Shown here in pieces: positions 26,448-40,264 of a stretch of DNA of 64,000 bases. The translations under genes were made by a program, and so were the position numbers. The first letter of the stretch is position 1; every line of letters begins with the position of its first letter. Below the pieces are notes generated by a model. It was given only the letters and a program-made list of their open reading frames with translations, had not been told where the DNA came from and made no database searches. The stretch comes from Leucoraja erinacea (Eukaryota): contig NW_026575913.1 of assembly GCF_028641065.1 (NCBI RefSeq), forward strand, positions 124,001-188,000, read 5' to 3'.

Positions 26448-26814
26448 TTGTCCTGCCCCCCCCCCCACCCCACTTCTAGCTCTATTTACCCTCACAATCA
26501 GTCTGAAGAATGGTCCCAGCCCGAATCATCACCATCCCACGTTCTCAAGTAATGCTGCCCGTCCCACTGAGTTATTCCAACACTGTGTTTTTTTTTGTTA
26601 ACCAGCTTCTTCAGTTCCTCGTTTCTTCTTTCTCCTCCTTCCTGGTCCTGAAGGGTCACTGGCCTGAAGCATTAGCTCTGCTTTCCTTCCCACATATGAC
26701 CCACTGCATATTGCCAGTGTTTTCTGTATTTTACTAATGTAAATTTTAACATTACTATTCCTGCATGCATTATTGAACTGCTATCCTTTCCAACAATGTT
26801 CAACATAGCTGTGT

Positions 26815-28665
26815 TTACAGATACAGCACGGAGACAGGCCCTTTGGCCCACCGGGTCCGTGCCGACCAGTGATCCCCGTACATTAACATCCACTAGGGAC
26901 TATTTTCACATTTACCAAGCCAATTAACCTCTAAACCTACACGTCTTTAGAATGTGGGAGGAAACCGAAGATTTCGGAGAAAATCCACGCAGGTCACAGG
27001 GAGAATATACGAACTCCGTACAGACATGGGGATCGAACCCGGGTCTCTGGCACTGCACTCACTGTCTCGTGCTGCACCACCTTTGTGACTGCCCTTTGTT
27101 CAAGGTACGAACATTTCAGCATGCAATTCTAATGCAGAAATATCACATAAAATACCAAACAACAGTGTTATTCAAACAAGTAGATTATATACAGACATGT
27201 TGGAATCTTCAGCAATGAAATACTGGAGGAACTCAGCGAGTCAGGCAGCATCTGTGGATGGATAGGACAGGTAACGTTTTCAGTCAGAACCTGTCTTTAG
27301 TAGTTTAAATAGGTTGAATCCAGCCACTTGCAATACATCAGTAATTTTATTGTTCTTTAGGTTAGTTTAGAGTTACAGCATGGAAATGGGCCCTTTGGCC
27401 CACTGAGCCCATGCTGACCATTGATCTCCCATTCACTCAGTTAATCCACTTTCTCGTCCACTCCTTCCACTCGGGGCAATTTACATCGGCAAATTAACTC
27501 ACAAACCTGCATGCCTTTGGGGTGTGGGATGAAACCGGAGCACCTGGAGGAAGCCCACGTGGTCACAGCGAAAACGTGCAAACTCCGCATAGACAGACCC
27601 GAGGTCAGGATTGAACCTGGGTCTCTGGCACTACGAGGCAGCAGCTCTCTACCATTGTACCACTGTGCCGTATTTCACAAAATCCATTAACCAGCTCAAC
27701 ACAGGTTAATGGCATTGGCGGCCATGGATGTCTGTGTTCCATGGAAAATAAAGTTGGGAGGAACAGAACTAATGAATGATGGAAAGAATGAATTGTCAAT
27801 GAATTGAATACTGTATTGTCACATGTACCTAGGGGACCTGGGCTTAGTGAAATGCTTTGTTTTCCATACAACCTCAGTCTATCCTTGACAGGACTTTGCT
27901 GGCTTCACCTCACCCTAAATATTATTCCCTTATCATGTATCTCTACACTGTAAATGCATTGAATTTAACCATGTATTGTCTTTCTACTGACTGGTTAGCA
28001 AGCGACAAAAAGCTTTTCACTGTACCTCGGTACACATGACAATAAACTAAACTGAACCTAGGTAGTACAAAAGTGTTGCCATGTGTTTGCGCAGACAAAG
28101 CTACAAAAGTTACAAAAGTACCAAGCAGTCCTTTCCACTGCCTGTTGCCGCACGTGGCAGCAGACCCCACCCCCACAGCTCCCCCTTTGTTCTCGTCCCC
28201 TCCAATGGGACAGCCTCCCTGTGCTGAATGCTCTACGTCTACAATGTTCTAAGTATAAGATTAGATTAAGCAATGCTCACTGTTGGACTTTGTACCTGCA
28301 AACCTTTATTACTTTGTTGTTCTCTTTGAATAAAACTTTATTGAGTGTTCTTGTCTGTACAAACTAAAATGTGTTGGTTTTTCCGTGACGTTTGAATTCG
28401 GGTATCATGCTCACCAATCTTATTTAACAGATGCAGCATGGAAACAGGCCTTTCTGCCCACTGAGTCTGTGCTCACCATCAATCACCCAAACACTAGTTC
28501 TATGGTTTCCCTGTTTCACATCCTACAAACTCAGGACAATTTACAGAGGCCAATAAACCTACAAACCCACACGTCTTTGGAATGTGGGAGGAAACCGGAA
28601 CATCCACAGGAAACCCGAGCAGTCACAGGAAGATCGTACAAACTCCATACAAACAGAACCCATTG
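26815..28665 (-). mobile_element. V-SINE copies (~26815-27085, 27360-27670, 28425-28665)
   Basis: Same SINE consensus on the minus strand. Confidence 0.8.
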
Positions 28666-29794
28666 TTTGGATCCTTCCTGTATTTGTGTAGGAAGGAACT
28701 GCAGATGCTGGTTTACACCAAAGATAGAGACAAAATGCTGGAGTAACGCAGTGGAACAGGCAGCATCCCTGGATAGAAGGATTTAGCATTTTAAAGATCA
28801 ATAATTTGAGGGCCCCCTTCACAATGATATGTGCACATATATAGTCACAGAGACACACAAACAGAACCTTCAGCCGACAGAGTCCATTCTGACCACAAAG
28901 TACTAATTCCATACCATAACTTCCCACCATTGAATGGATCTACAGGAGGTGCTGCCTCAGAATGACAGCTAATATCATCAGAGACCCACACCACCCTGGC
29001 CATACTCTCAGGGCCGGCCACCCTGGACCAGGAATTCACCCGGAAGATCTGACCCATCCATCATGGATGGAGTTCTTGCTCGCTGTGGACCGAGGATGGA
29101 GGACCCACCTGGAAGGCCCAGCTCGCCCGGCCAGAGTTGAACGAGTCAGTTGGATGGCTTATAGGCAGTCTGGCTGCGGGAGGGAATGCACTGCCTCAAC
29201 GGTGGAGTGGGAGCTGGAGGCCCAGCAGCAGCCAGGGGCTTGGCTGTTCCAGGCGCCGCTCCAAGAGGCCAGGAACATATACCAGTTGAGCCCTGCAGCA
29301 GTAGAGGACACCACAGCTTCACATGGCCAGTCCAAACCTGCAACAATGCCAGGACAATGGGCCTCATGGTCAGGCCTAGAACCCTTACTTACAACTTGAG
29401 GGCCGTGAAAATGGCACCAAAAACTGGCGACACTGTATACTGTCTCAGCGTACTACTGCTATACACTTGTACTGTATCTGACATGCTTATCTAAGACGTA
29501 TCTAAGGGCTTATATACAGTGATACCTTTACTAAACTGTATACAAAAATGAATTTCACTGTACCTCGGTACATGCCACAAATAAAATACCATTAAAACAA
29601 TGAACTACCTTTGAGGTTAGAAAGCCTGAGAACTGTTAGCTCCAGGTTTAAGAGCAGCTTTTTTCTCACGGGCAGCAGGCTTTTAAACACTGCACAACAC
29701 TAATCACAACCTTACCTCAACAACTCTGATCTATGATGGACTTTATTTTGGTTGCAGTTTTGTATTTCCACTGTTATGGTCTGGTTACCTAGTA

Positions 29795-31536
29795 TATAAC
29801 CATATAACAATTACAGCACGGAAACAGGCCATCTCAACCATTCTAGTCCGCGCCGAACACTTATTCTCCTCTAGTCCCATCTACCTGCACTCAGACCATA
29901 ACCCTCCATTCCCTTCGCATCTATATGCCTATCCAATTTATTCTTAAATGATACCAACGAACCTGCCTCCACCACTTCCACTGGGAGCTCATTCCACACA
30001 GCTACCACTCTCCGAGTAAAGAAGTTCCCCCTCATGTTACCCCTAAACTTCTGTCCTTTAATTCTCAAATCATGTCCTCTTGTTTGAATCTTCCCTACTG
30101 TCAATGGAAAAAGCTAATCCACATCAATTCTGTCTATCCCTCTCATCATTTTAAAGACCTCTATCAAGTCCCCCCTTAACCTTCTGCGCTCCAAAAAATA
30201 AAGACCTAACTTGTTCAACCTTTCTCTGTAACTTAGGTGCTGAAAATAAGGCAACATTCTAGTAAATCTAATATTAAATTATTGTGTCATTGATTGTTTT
30301 ATATTTAATATGTGTATAAGAATGTCATTGTTCCATTGCCAGTACAGATGACAATTAAACTCTTGCTCTTGTCCAACCCATTCTTATTCTCTGTAAATTA
30401 CCATCATCTCTCTCCAGATTCTATCACTTACCTACAAATGACAGTCAACTTACATGGTACAAACAAGGAACTACAAATGTTGGTTCACAAAGAAATAGAC
30501 GCAAAGTTCTGGAGCACCTTGGTGGGTCAGGTAGCATCCCTGGAGAACGGATATGTGTCGATGGATAGATGTTTTGGGTCAAGACCCCTTCTTCACTCTG
30601 TGGAAGGGTGTTGACCCTAAATGTCATCTCTCCATGTTCTCCGGAGATGCTGCCTGACCAGCTGAGTTACTCCAGCACTTAAGAGTTAGACAAAAAATGC
30701 TGGAGTAACTCAGTGGGACAGGCAGCATCTCTGGAGAGAAGGTCTCAAACTGAAATGCCACCTATTCCCTTTCTACAGAGTCGCTGTCTGACCCGCTGAA
30801 TTACTCAAGCTTTTTGTGTCTATCTTTGGTTTAAACCAGCATCTGCAGTTGTTGGGAGGAACCTATTCCTCAACCTGGAAGTCATGGTTTTCAAGCACCT
30901 ATACTTTCTTCCCCATGGTGGGAGGTATTAAAAGTGTGGCCAGGGGGATGATGTTGGCTGCCTTTTTGAGTCAGGGTGTCGTGTGGATCCCTTCGATGGT
31001 GGTGAGGTCAGTATAGCATCCTGATTATTCACAAATCTAAGTACTTCATCTGAAGAGCAGGCCTAAGTTGTAGAATTGCTCTCTAAATATCCCTTCCTAA
31101 CCATATAACAATTACAGCACGGAAACAGGCCATCTCGGCCCTACAAGTCCGTGCCAAACAACTTTTTTTCCCCTTAGTCCCACCTGCCTGCACTCATACC
31201 ATAACCCTCCATTCCCTTCTCATCCATATGCCTATCCAATTTATTTTTAAATAATACCAATGAACCTGCCTCCACCACTTCCACTGGAAGCTCATTCCAC
31301 ACCGCTACCACTCTCTGAGTAAAGAAGTTCCCCCTCATATTACCCCTAAACCTCTGTCCCTTAATTCTGAAGTCATGTCCTCTTGTTTGAATCTTCCCTA
31401 TTCTCAAGGGGAAAAGCATGTCCACATCAACTCTGTCTATCCCTCTCATCATTTTAAAGACCTCTATCAAGTCCCCCGTTAACCTTCTGCGCTGCAGGGA
31501 ATAAAGACCTAACTTATTCAACCTATCTCTGTAACT
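29795..31536 (-). mobile_element. Two short 5'-truncated CR1-A 3' ends (29795-30268, 31099-31536)
   Basis: TRGH...NFFT.RVVAVWNELP and tail. Confidence 0.9.
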
Positions 31537-32631
31537 ATTATACTTCCTCTTATACTTCCTTTAAGATGCACCTTAACTGTTCATTTTGCTAATTGTCATG
31601 TAATGCCATTATACTGCTCGAAGTAAAATGTTACAGAATATATTCTTACGAATCTCATTGAAGCATTTTCCTACATTGAAACTGCTATAAATATGTTATT
31701 CGTTATATCTATTCCTGTTTCCCCTTTCACTAAACTAGATTATTACCATCAAACGAGAATGTCATTGTTTTGTTTGGCTCTGGAGATGTGTGCTGGAATG
31801 TGATCATTAAAATCTTCCCGTATATTGAACCCTGAACTACGCTACACTCAACTATGAATAATCAACAAAATAAATACAAAGTGTTGGAGTAACTCAGCAG
31901 ATCAGGCAGCGTCGCTGGTGAGAATGGATAGGTAATGTGTCGAATCGGCCCCTGTAGACCGATGGACTGTCTTTGGTTAAACTAAGCATTCGAGGTGTTT
32001 TTGCACAAATATTGGGATTATCAATTTACTGAATTTTTAGCATGTTATCTATTTGTATTGTCTTACAGGTCTGCTAAGCTGCTGCAAGAATGTCATTATT
32101 TGGTAGTCAGCACATATGACTATTGAACATTCTATACTCTTCTGGACTCTCTTTTGGAGTGAGAACAAACCTAACATAAGCAAAATGGTGCCATTCATCC
32201 TTTGTCCCCAATCTCTGATATTCTATAAGATCCTCTAGCAGACCACCATTTTTCCAAACAATCCCACAATTCCTTTTGTATCCAAGCATCTTCCTATCCG
32301 TGCCTCAAGCATCTGATTGACTGAATGCCCGCACCCTTCTTGGACAGAGAATTAGAAAGACTAATTACCCTCTAGGTGAAAAGGTTTCATCTCTTTACTG
32401 CACTGAATTCAATGATTCAATGATATTTTATTGTCACATGCACCTAGGTACAGTGAAATGCTCTGTTCCGCATACAACTCGGTAAAATCATATAGCAGAC
32501 CTAACCGCGGCAATACACAAGTGTCACCATGTTTTGCTGCCATAAGAATGTCTGAACCCTTATTTCTAAACTGTGAATTTTGGTTCCAGACACATCAGTC
32601 TGGGGAGAAATAAAAAGATCATCCCTCATGA

Positions 32632-35600
32632 CCCTTATAACATATAACATTATAACCATAGGTTACACCTACATTTCTGTACCTTAATTCTGAAGTCATG
32701 TCCTCTTGTTTGAATCTTCCCTATTCTAAAAGGGAAAAGCTTGACCACATCAACTCTGTCAATCCCTCTCATCATTTTAAAGACCTCTATCAAGTCCCCC
32801 CTTAACCTTCTGCGCTCCAGAGAATAAAGACCTAACTTATTCAACCTTTCTCTGTAACTTAGTTGCTGAAACCCAGGCAACATTCTAGTAAATCTCCTCT
32901 GTACTCTCTCTATTTTGTTGACATCCTTCCAATAATTGGGCGACCAAAATTGTACACCGTACTCCAGATTTGGTCTCACCAATGCCTTGTACAATTTTAA
33001 CATTACATCCCAGCTTCTATACTCAATGCTCCGATTTATAAAGGCTAGCATAACAAAAGCTTTCTTTACCACCCTATCTATATGAGATTCCACCTTCAAG
33101 GAACTATGCACGGTTATTCCAGATCCCTCTGTTCAACTGCATTCTTCAATTCCCTACCATTTACCATGTACGTCCTATTTTGATTTGTCCTGCCAAGGTG
33201 TAGCACCTCACATTTATCAGCATTAAACTCCATCTGCCATCTTTCAGCCCATTCTTCCAAATGGCCTAAACCACTCTATAGACTTTGGAAATCCTCTTCA
33301 TTATCCACAACACCCGCTATCTTGGTATCATCTGCATACTTACTAATCCAATTTACCACACCTTCATCCAGATCATTGATGTACATGACAAACAACAAAG
33401 GGTCCAACAGATCCCTGAGGCACCTCACTATTCACCTGCCTCCAACCCGACAAACAGCCATCCACCATTACCCTCTGGCGTCTCTCATTCAGCCACTGTT
33501 GAATCCATCTTGCTATTCCTGCATTTATACCCAACAGTTGAACCTTCTTAACCAACCTTCCATGAGGAACCTTGTTAAAGGCCTTACTAAAGTCCATATA
33601 GACAACATCCACTGCTTTACCCTCGTCAATTTCCCTAGTAACCTCTTCAAAAAATTCAAGAAGATTAGTCAAACATGACCTTCCAGGCACAAATCCATGT
33701 TGACTGTTCCTAATCAGATCCTGTCTATCCAGATGCTTATATATAGTATATTTTCCATTAATTTGCCCACCACTGAAGTCAAACTAACAGGTCTATAATT
33801 GCTAGGTTTACTCTTAGTACCCTTTTTAAACAATGGAACAACATGCGCAGTACGCCAATCCTCGGGGACTATTCCCGTTTCTAATGACATTTGAAATATT
33901 TCTGTCATAGCCCCGGCTATTTCTACACTAACTTCCCTCAATGTGCTAGGGAATATCCTGTCAGGACCTGGAGACTTGTCCACTTTTATATTTTTCAAAA
34001 ATGTCAGTACTTCTTTTACTTTGAAACTCATAGTATCCATGGAACTCTACTAGTTTTCCTTACCTCACATAATTTAATATCCTTCTCCTTGGTGAATACC
34101 GAAGAAAATAAATTGATCAACAGCTCCCCCATCTCTTTTGGCTCTGCAGATAGCTGTCCACTCTGTCTCTCCAATGGACCAATTTTATCCCTCGTTATCC
34201 TTTTGCTATTAATATAGCTGTAGAAACCCTTTGGATTTACTTTCACCTTACTTGCCAAAGCAACCTCATGTCTTCTTTTAGCTTTTCTAATTTCTTTCTT
34301 AAGATTCTTTTTACATTCCTTATACTCCTCAAGCACCTCATTTACTTCATGCTGCCCATATTTATTGTAGATCTCCCTCTTTTTCCCAAACAAGATGTCC
34401 AATTTCCCTTGAAAACCAGGGCTCTTTCCAATTTTTACTGTTTCCTTTCAACCGAACAGGAACATAAAGATTCTGTACTCTTAAAATTTCCCTTTTAAAT
34501 GTCCTCCATTTCTCTTCTACATCCTTCCCATAGAACAAAATGTCCCAGTTCACTTCTTTTTAAATCATTTCGCATCTCATCAAAATTAGCCTTTCTCGAA
34601 TCAAATATCTCAACCTTAGGTCCAGTTCTGATCCTATCCATAATTATATTGAAACTAATGGTATTGTGATCACTGGACCCCAAGTGCTCCCCAACGCATA
34701 CCTCCGCCACCTATCCCGTCTCATTTCCTAACAGGACGTCCAGCAATGTCCCTCCTCTAGTAGGTACCTCTATGTATTGCTGCAAAAAACTATCCTGCAC
34801 ACATTTTACAAACTCCAACCCATCCTGCCCATTTACAGAATGTGTTTCCAAGTCTATGTGTGGAAGGTTGAAATCTCCCACAATCACTATCTTGTGCTTA
34901 CTACTAATATCTGCAATCTCCTTACATATTTGCTCTTCCAATTCTCGTTCCCCATTTGGGGGTCTATAATACCCCCCTATAAGTGTTGCTACACCTTTCC
35001 CACTTCTCAATTCCACCCAAATAGCCTCCCTAGATGAGCCCTCCAATCTATCCTGCCAAAGCACTGCTGTAATATCTTCCCTGACTAGCAATGCAACACC
35101 TCCACCTCTTGCCCCTCCAATTCTATCACACCTGAAGCAACGAAATCCTGGAATATTTAGTTTCCAATCACAGCCCTCCTGCAACCACGTTTCACTGATC
35201 GCCACAACATCATACTTCCAGGTGTCAATCCAGGCTCTAAGTTCATCCACCTTTCTTACAATGCTCCTAGCATTAAAATATGCACATTTAAGAAACCCCC
35301 GTCTCTTATTCTCTGTTTATTTCCTTTTTTTTCTTTCTCCTCTTGTGTCCGAGTGCTTCCCTTTTCTGCTTCCTGCCTCCCATTCTGTCTACTAGCTTTC
35401 GCTATTTGAGTCCCTCGCCCCAACCATTCTAGTTTAAAGTCTCCCCAGTAACCTTTGCAAATTTCCCCGCTAGGATATTGGTCCCCCTCGGGTTCAAGTG
35501 CAACCCATCCTTTCTGTACAGGTCCCACCTTCCCCAAAAGAAGTCCGAATGATCCAGAAACTTGAATCCCTGCCCTCTGCACCAGTCTTTCAGCCACGCA

Positions 35601-36395
35601 TTTATCCTCCACCTCGCTCCATTCCTACTCTCACTGTCGCGTGGCACAGGCAGTAATCCTGATATGGTTACCTTTTTGGTCCTTTTTCTTAACTCTCCTC
35701 CCAACTCCCTAAATCCTCCCTTCAGGACCTCTTCCCTTTTTTTACCTATGTCATTGGTACCTATATGTACCACGACCTCAGGCTCCTCTCCCTCTGATTT
35801 AAGGATATCTTGGATGCGTTGAGACACGTCCGAGACCTTGGCACCAGGGAGGCAGACCACCATCCTGGTCTCCCGACTGCGTCCACAGAATCGCCTATCT
35901 GACCCCCTAACAATAGAGTCCCCAATTACCATTGCCCTCTTTTTTTCCCTACCTTTTGGAGCAAATGGGCCTGTCTCTGTGCTGGAGGCCCGTCCGCTGT
36001 CGCTACCCCCGGGTAGGCTGTCACCCCCATCCGTACTCAAACAGGAGTACTTATTTGCGAGGTGTACTGACATTGGAGTACTCACTCGTTCCTGCCTCTG
36101 CCCTTTGCCCTTCCTTAGCGTGACCCACATGTCTCTCTCCCGTGGTTTTGGAGTGACCACCTCCCTATAATTCCCCTCTATGACCTCCTCACTCTCCCTG
36201 ATCAGACAGAGGTCATCGAGCTGCTGCTCCAGGATCCTAATACGGTCCCTTAGGAGCCCCATCTCGCTGCACCTGGTGCAGATGTGGACGTCTGGAGGGC
36301 CATCCGACACCATGACCTCCCACATCTGACATCCAGAACAGTACACTGCTCTGACTGTCATTCTCCCGCCTTACCCTGGATCTGATACAAGTACA
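32632..36395 (-). mobile_element. Near full-length CR1-A LINE; ORF1 35429-36361 open, ORF2 frameshifted, 3' UTR deleted
   Basis: ORF1 esterase (GDSIV, GTND, DGLH), EN and RT ORFs in order; tail abuts the truncated ORF2 end. Confidence 0.93.
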
Positions 36396-36530
36396 ATACA
36401 ATAGAAACTGCTGGGAGAAAAATTTCCTAACAGGAGTTCCAGCACTGCCCCTCCTCTAGTAGGTACCTCAATGTATTGCTGCAAAAAAACTATCCTGCAC
36501 ACATTTTAGAAACTCCAAACCAAACCATCC

Positions 36531-38298
36531 ATTGGAACAAGGATATGGCGGACCAATTGAATAACTACTTTGGTTCCGTCTTCACTAAGGAAGACATAAA
36601 TAATTTGCCGGAAATAGCAGGGGACCGCGGGTCAAAGGAGTTGGATGAATTGAGTGAAATCCAGGTTAGCCGGGAAGTGGTGTTGGGTAAATTGAATGGA
36701 TTAAAGGCCGATAAATCCCCAGGGCCAGATAGGCTGCATACCAGAGTACTTAAGGAAGTAGCTCCAGAAATAGTGGATGCATTAGTAATAATCTTTCAAA
36801 ACTCTTTAGATTCTGGAGTAGTTCCTGAAGATTGGCGGGTAGCAAACGTAACCCCACTTTTTAAGAAGGGAGGGAGAGAGAAAATGGGGAATTACAGACC
36901 AGTTAGTCTAACATCGGTAGTGGGGAAACTGCTAGAGTCAGTTATTAAAGATGGGATAGCAGCACATTTGGAAAGTGGTGAAATCATTGGACAAAGTCAG
37001 CATGGATTTACGAAAGGTAAATCATGTCTGACGAATCTTATAGAATTTTTCGAGGATGTAACTAGTAGCGTGGATAGGGGAGAACCAGTGGATGTGGTGT
37101 ATCTGGACTTCCAGAAGGCTTTCGACAAGATCCCACATAAAAAATTAGTATACAAACTTAAAGCACAAGGCATTGGGGGTTCAGTATTGATGTGGATAGA
37201 GAACTGGCTGGCAAACAGGAAGCAAAGAGTAGGAGTAAACGGGTCCTTTTCACAATGGCAGGCAGTGACTAGTGGGGTACCCCAAGGCTCAGTACTGGGA
37301 CCCCAGCTATTTACAATATATATTAATGATCTGGATGAAGGAATTGAAGGCAATATCTCCAAGTTTGCGGATGACACTAAGCTGGGGGGCAGTGTTAGCT
37401 GTGAGGAGGATGCTAGGAGACTGCAGGGTGACTTGGATAGGCTGGGTGAGTGGGCAAATGTTTGGCAGATGCAGTATAATGTGGATAAATGTGAGGTTAT
37501 CCATTTTGGTGGCAAAAACAGGAAAGCAGACTATTATCTAAATGGTGGCCGATTGGGAAAGGGGGAGATGCAGCGAGACCTGGGTGTCATGGTACACCAG
37601 TCATTGAAGGTAGGCATGCAGGTGCAGCAGGCAGTAAAGAAAGCGAATGGTATGTTAGCTTTCATTGCAAAAGGATTTGAGTATAGGAGCAGAGAGGTTC
37701 TACTGCAGTTGTACAGGGTCTTGGTGAGACCACACCTGGAGTATTGCGTACAGTTTTGGTCTCCAAATCTGAGGAAGGACATTATTGCCATAGAGGGAGT
37801 GCAGAGACGGTTCACCAGACTGATTCCTGGGATGTCAGGACTGTCTTATGAAGAAAGACTGGATAGACTGGTTTATACTCTCTAGAATTTAGAAGATTGA
37901 GAGGGGATCTTATAGAAACTTACAAAATTCTTAAGGGGTTGGACAGGCTAGATGCAGGAAGATTGTTCCCGATGTTAGGGAGTCCAGGACAAGGGGTCAC
38001 AGCTTAAGGATAAAGGGGAAATCCTTTAAAACCGAGATGAGAAGAACTTTTTTCACACAGAGAGTGGTGAATCTCTGGAATTCTCTGCCACAGAGGGTAG
38101 TTGAGGCCACTTCATTGGCTATATTTAAGAGGGAGTTAGATGTGGCCCTTGTGGCTAAGGGGATCAGAGGGTATGGAGAGAAGGCAGGTACGGGATACTG
38201 AGTTGGATGATCAGCCATGATCATATTGAATGGCGGTGCAGGCTCGAAGGGCCGAATGGCCTACTCCTGCACCTATGTTTCTATGTTTCTATGTTTCT
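36531..38298 (+). mobile_element. 5'-truncated CR1-B LINE with a long open RT frame, inserted into a CR1-A EN fragment (36423-38345)
   Basis: Long open RT frame with FADDTK; (TTTCTATG)n tail; ATCCA at both junctions. Confidence 0.93.
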
Positions 38299-38339
38299 AT
38301 CCAGCCCATTTACAGAATGTGTTTCACAGTCTATGTGTG

Positions 38340-38500
38340 GAAATTGGTGGTGAAGTTGATGGAGTCAGTGAGTTTTGCATGGGTGCAGGAAGTAGCACCA
38401 ATGCAGTCGTCAATGTAGCGGTGGTAGAGTTCAGGGATCGGGCCAGTGTACGCCTGGAACAGTAACTGTTCGACATTCCCTACAAAGAGGCAAGCACAGC
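38340..38500 (-). mobile_element. Penelope-like RT fragment
   Basis: ACLFVGNVEQ...YHRYIDDCIGATSCT matches the 50140-50300 translation. Confidence 0.85.
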
Positions 38501-38829
38501 CCTTTCCCGCCTCTCCCACATATTCCCATTCTTACAATAAGAACTTGAAATCAAAGATGTTTTTGCTTCAAACCGCGTCGCTCCCGTTTGTTTTACACGA
38601 GTTAAAATGCAGTTTAAACCAATACCTGCAGTTCCTTCTCTCACAAAGGAAACGGTGCATGGTACAAATCAAAGCAGAAATTCCAGTCTGTATTGTACCG
38701 AAACAGGGGAGATTGAACCGTTTTAACGTCTACATGAACCTCAGACTGAATGTGTATTGCGCGCTTTTTTTAAACTAAATAGAGATAAAGCCAAGCCAGT
38801 AACGAATAAAATGAGAATCATTAACTTAC

Positions 38830-38881
38830 CTGCAAGAGCCCCTTGTACGTGGAAGAAACTCAGCAAGATGAACAGAATCAT
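38830..38881 (-). CDS. MHC class I-like heavy chain, exon 1 (signal peptide MILFILLSFFHVQGALA-G)
   Basis: Hydrophobic leader ending A-L-A; phase-1 donor G|GTAAGT fits the phase-1 acceptor of the alpha-1 exon to give ...ALA-G-PHTLIY; an in-frame upstream ATG lies at 38902. Confidence 0.78.
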
Positions 38882-39277
38882 TTCGCGTACAACCTCTCGC
38901 ATCAACAGCAGCAACTGAGCCAAACTTCACCAACAACAAAGCAGGATAATCTCATCATACAATCAGAATAAAAATACTACGGTCGTCACCAGTTGTCGAG
39001 CGGTGTCATTGGACCAGCAGGAAACCATTGACTGCAATGGAGACACGAGGAGGTGCTGAGGTGTAACTCAGGTCGCAAGTCCGGAGAGCATAGATGGTGA
39101 CGATAGACACAAAGCGCTGGAATAACTCAACGGGTCGAGCAGCATCTTTGGAGAAAAAGGATAGGTGACTATTGTCAATCTGAAGTAGGGTCCCAATCTG
39201 AAATAGCGCCTGTCAATGTCTTCCAGAGATGTTGCCCGACCTGCTGAGTCACTACAACACTTTGTTTTTTCGCACTA

Positions 39278-39997
39278 TATAGCAAATGGAATGGAATGGC
39301 AGGGCGTAGTTGCCTGGAAATGTAATTATGTTTCAGATAACGCACCATTCTTGTGCTGCTAACTGCTCCTAATGTTCCTTTATGATTCAGCAGACCCATA
39401 AATCCAATCGCCTATCCTGACTTGAATCATTACAATGCAGAACAAAAGGAGGAAACCAAACACTGTCCACAGCTGGTAGAGCTGCTGCCTCACAGTACTA
39501 GCGACCAGCGTTAGATCATCACCTCTGGTATTATCTGTAGATATTCTTTAAGAAAGAACTGCAGATGCTGAAAAATCGAATGTAGACACAAATGCTGGAG
39601 AAACTCAGTGGGTGAGGCAGCATCTATGGAGTGAAGGAATAGGCGATGTTTCGGGTCGGGGCCCTCCAAGAAGGGTCTTCTTCATTCTTTCTGTGACCAC
39701 TGTGTTCTTCCCGGGTACTCTGGTTTTCTCCCACATTCCTCAGATGTGTGGGTTTGTCAGTTAATTGACCTCTGTAAATTGTCCCTAGCGTGTGTGGGGA
39801 TTGGACAACATTGAAATAGTGTGAAGGGGTGACTGATGGTCATCATGATGGGCTGAAGGGCCTGTGTCCATATTGTATCTTTCAACTCAAAATGGAATTA
39901 TGTAAAGAAGTTATATTGGAAGCTTGGTTGGACATTGAAACTGTGCAGCGCATGGTGGTGAATATAGACGGCAATGGTGTCTAAGAGTTTATCAAGG
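39278..39997 (+). repeat. ~720-bp local direct duplication, copy 1
   Basis: Near-identical to 42840-43554, including unique flanks and nested repeats. Confidence 0.95.
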
Positions 39998-40264
39998 TCC
40001 TATCTATCAGGTATGGGGAGAACTTACACAACAGCATTGGTATTTGTTTATAATTGTCACTTTTATTGAGATATAGTGAAAAGCTTTTGTTAGCGTCATA
40101 ATCAACTCAGATCAGGAATGACTGAGGGATTGTATTGAACGACAGCGCAGGCTTGTGGGCCTGTTTCAATGCAATAAACTCCATATTAACGTATCATATA
40201 AAGAATGCAGGTGCTTGTACGTTTGGTGATGAGCCCAAAATATTGCTTTGGTAATTCAAGATAT

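Noticed and set aside
38950-39060. Possible class I promoter (CCAAT at 39008-39012 on the minus strand, TGACG half-site)
   Set aside because: Position is plausible but no recognisable S-X-Y module or full ISRE; short motifs alone are insufficient.
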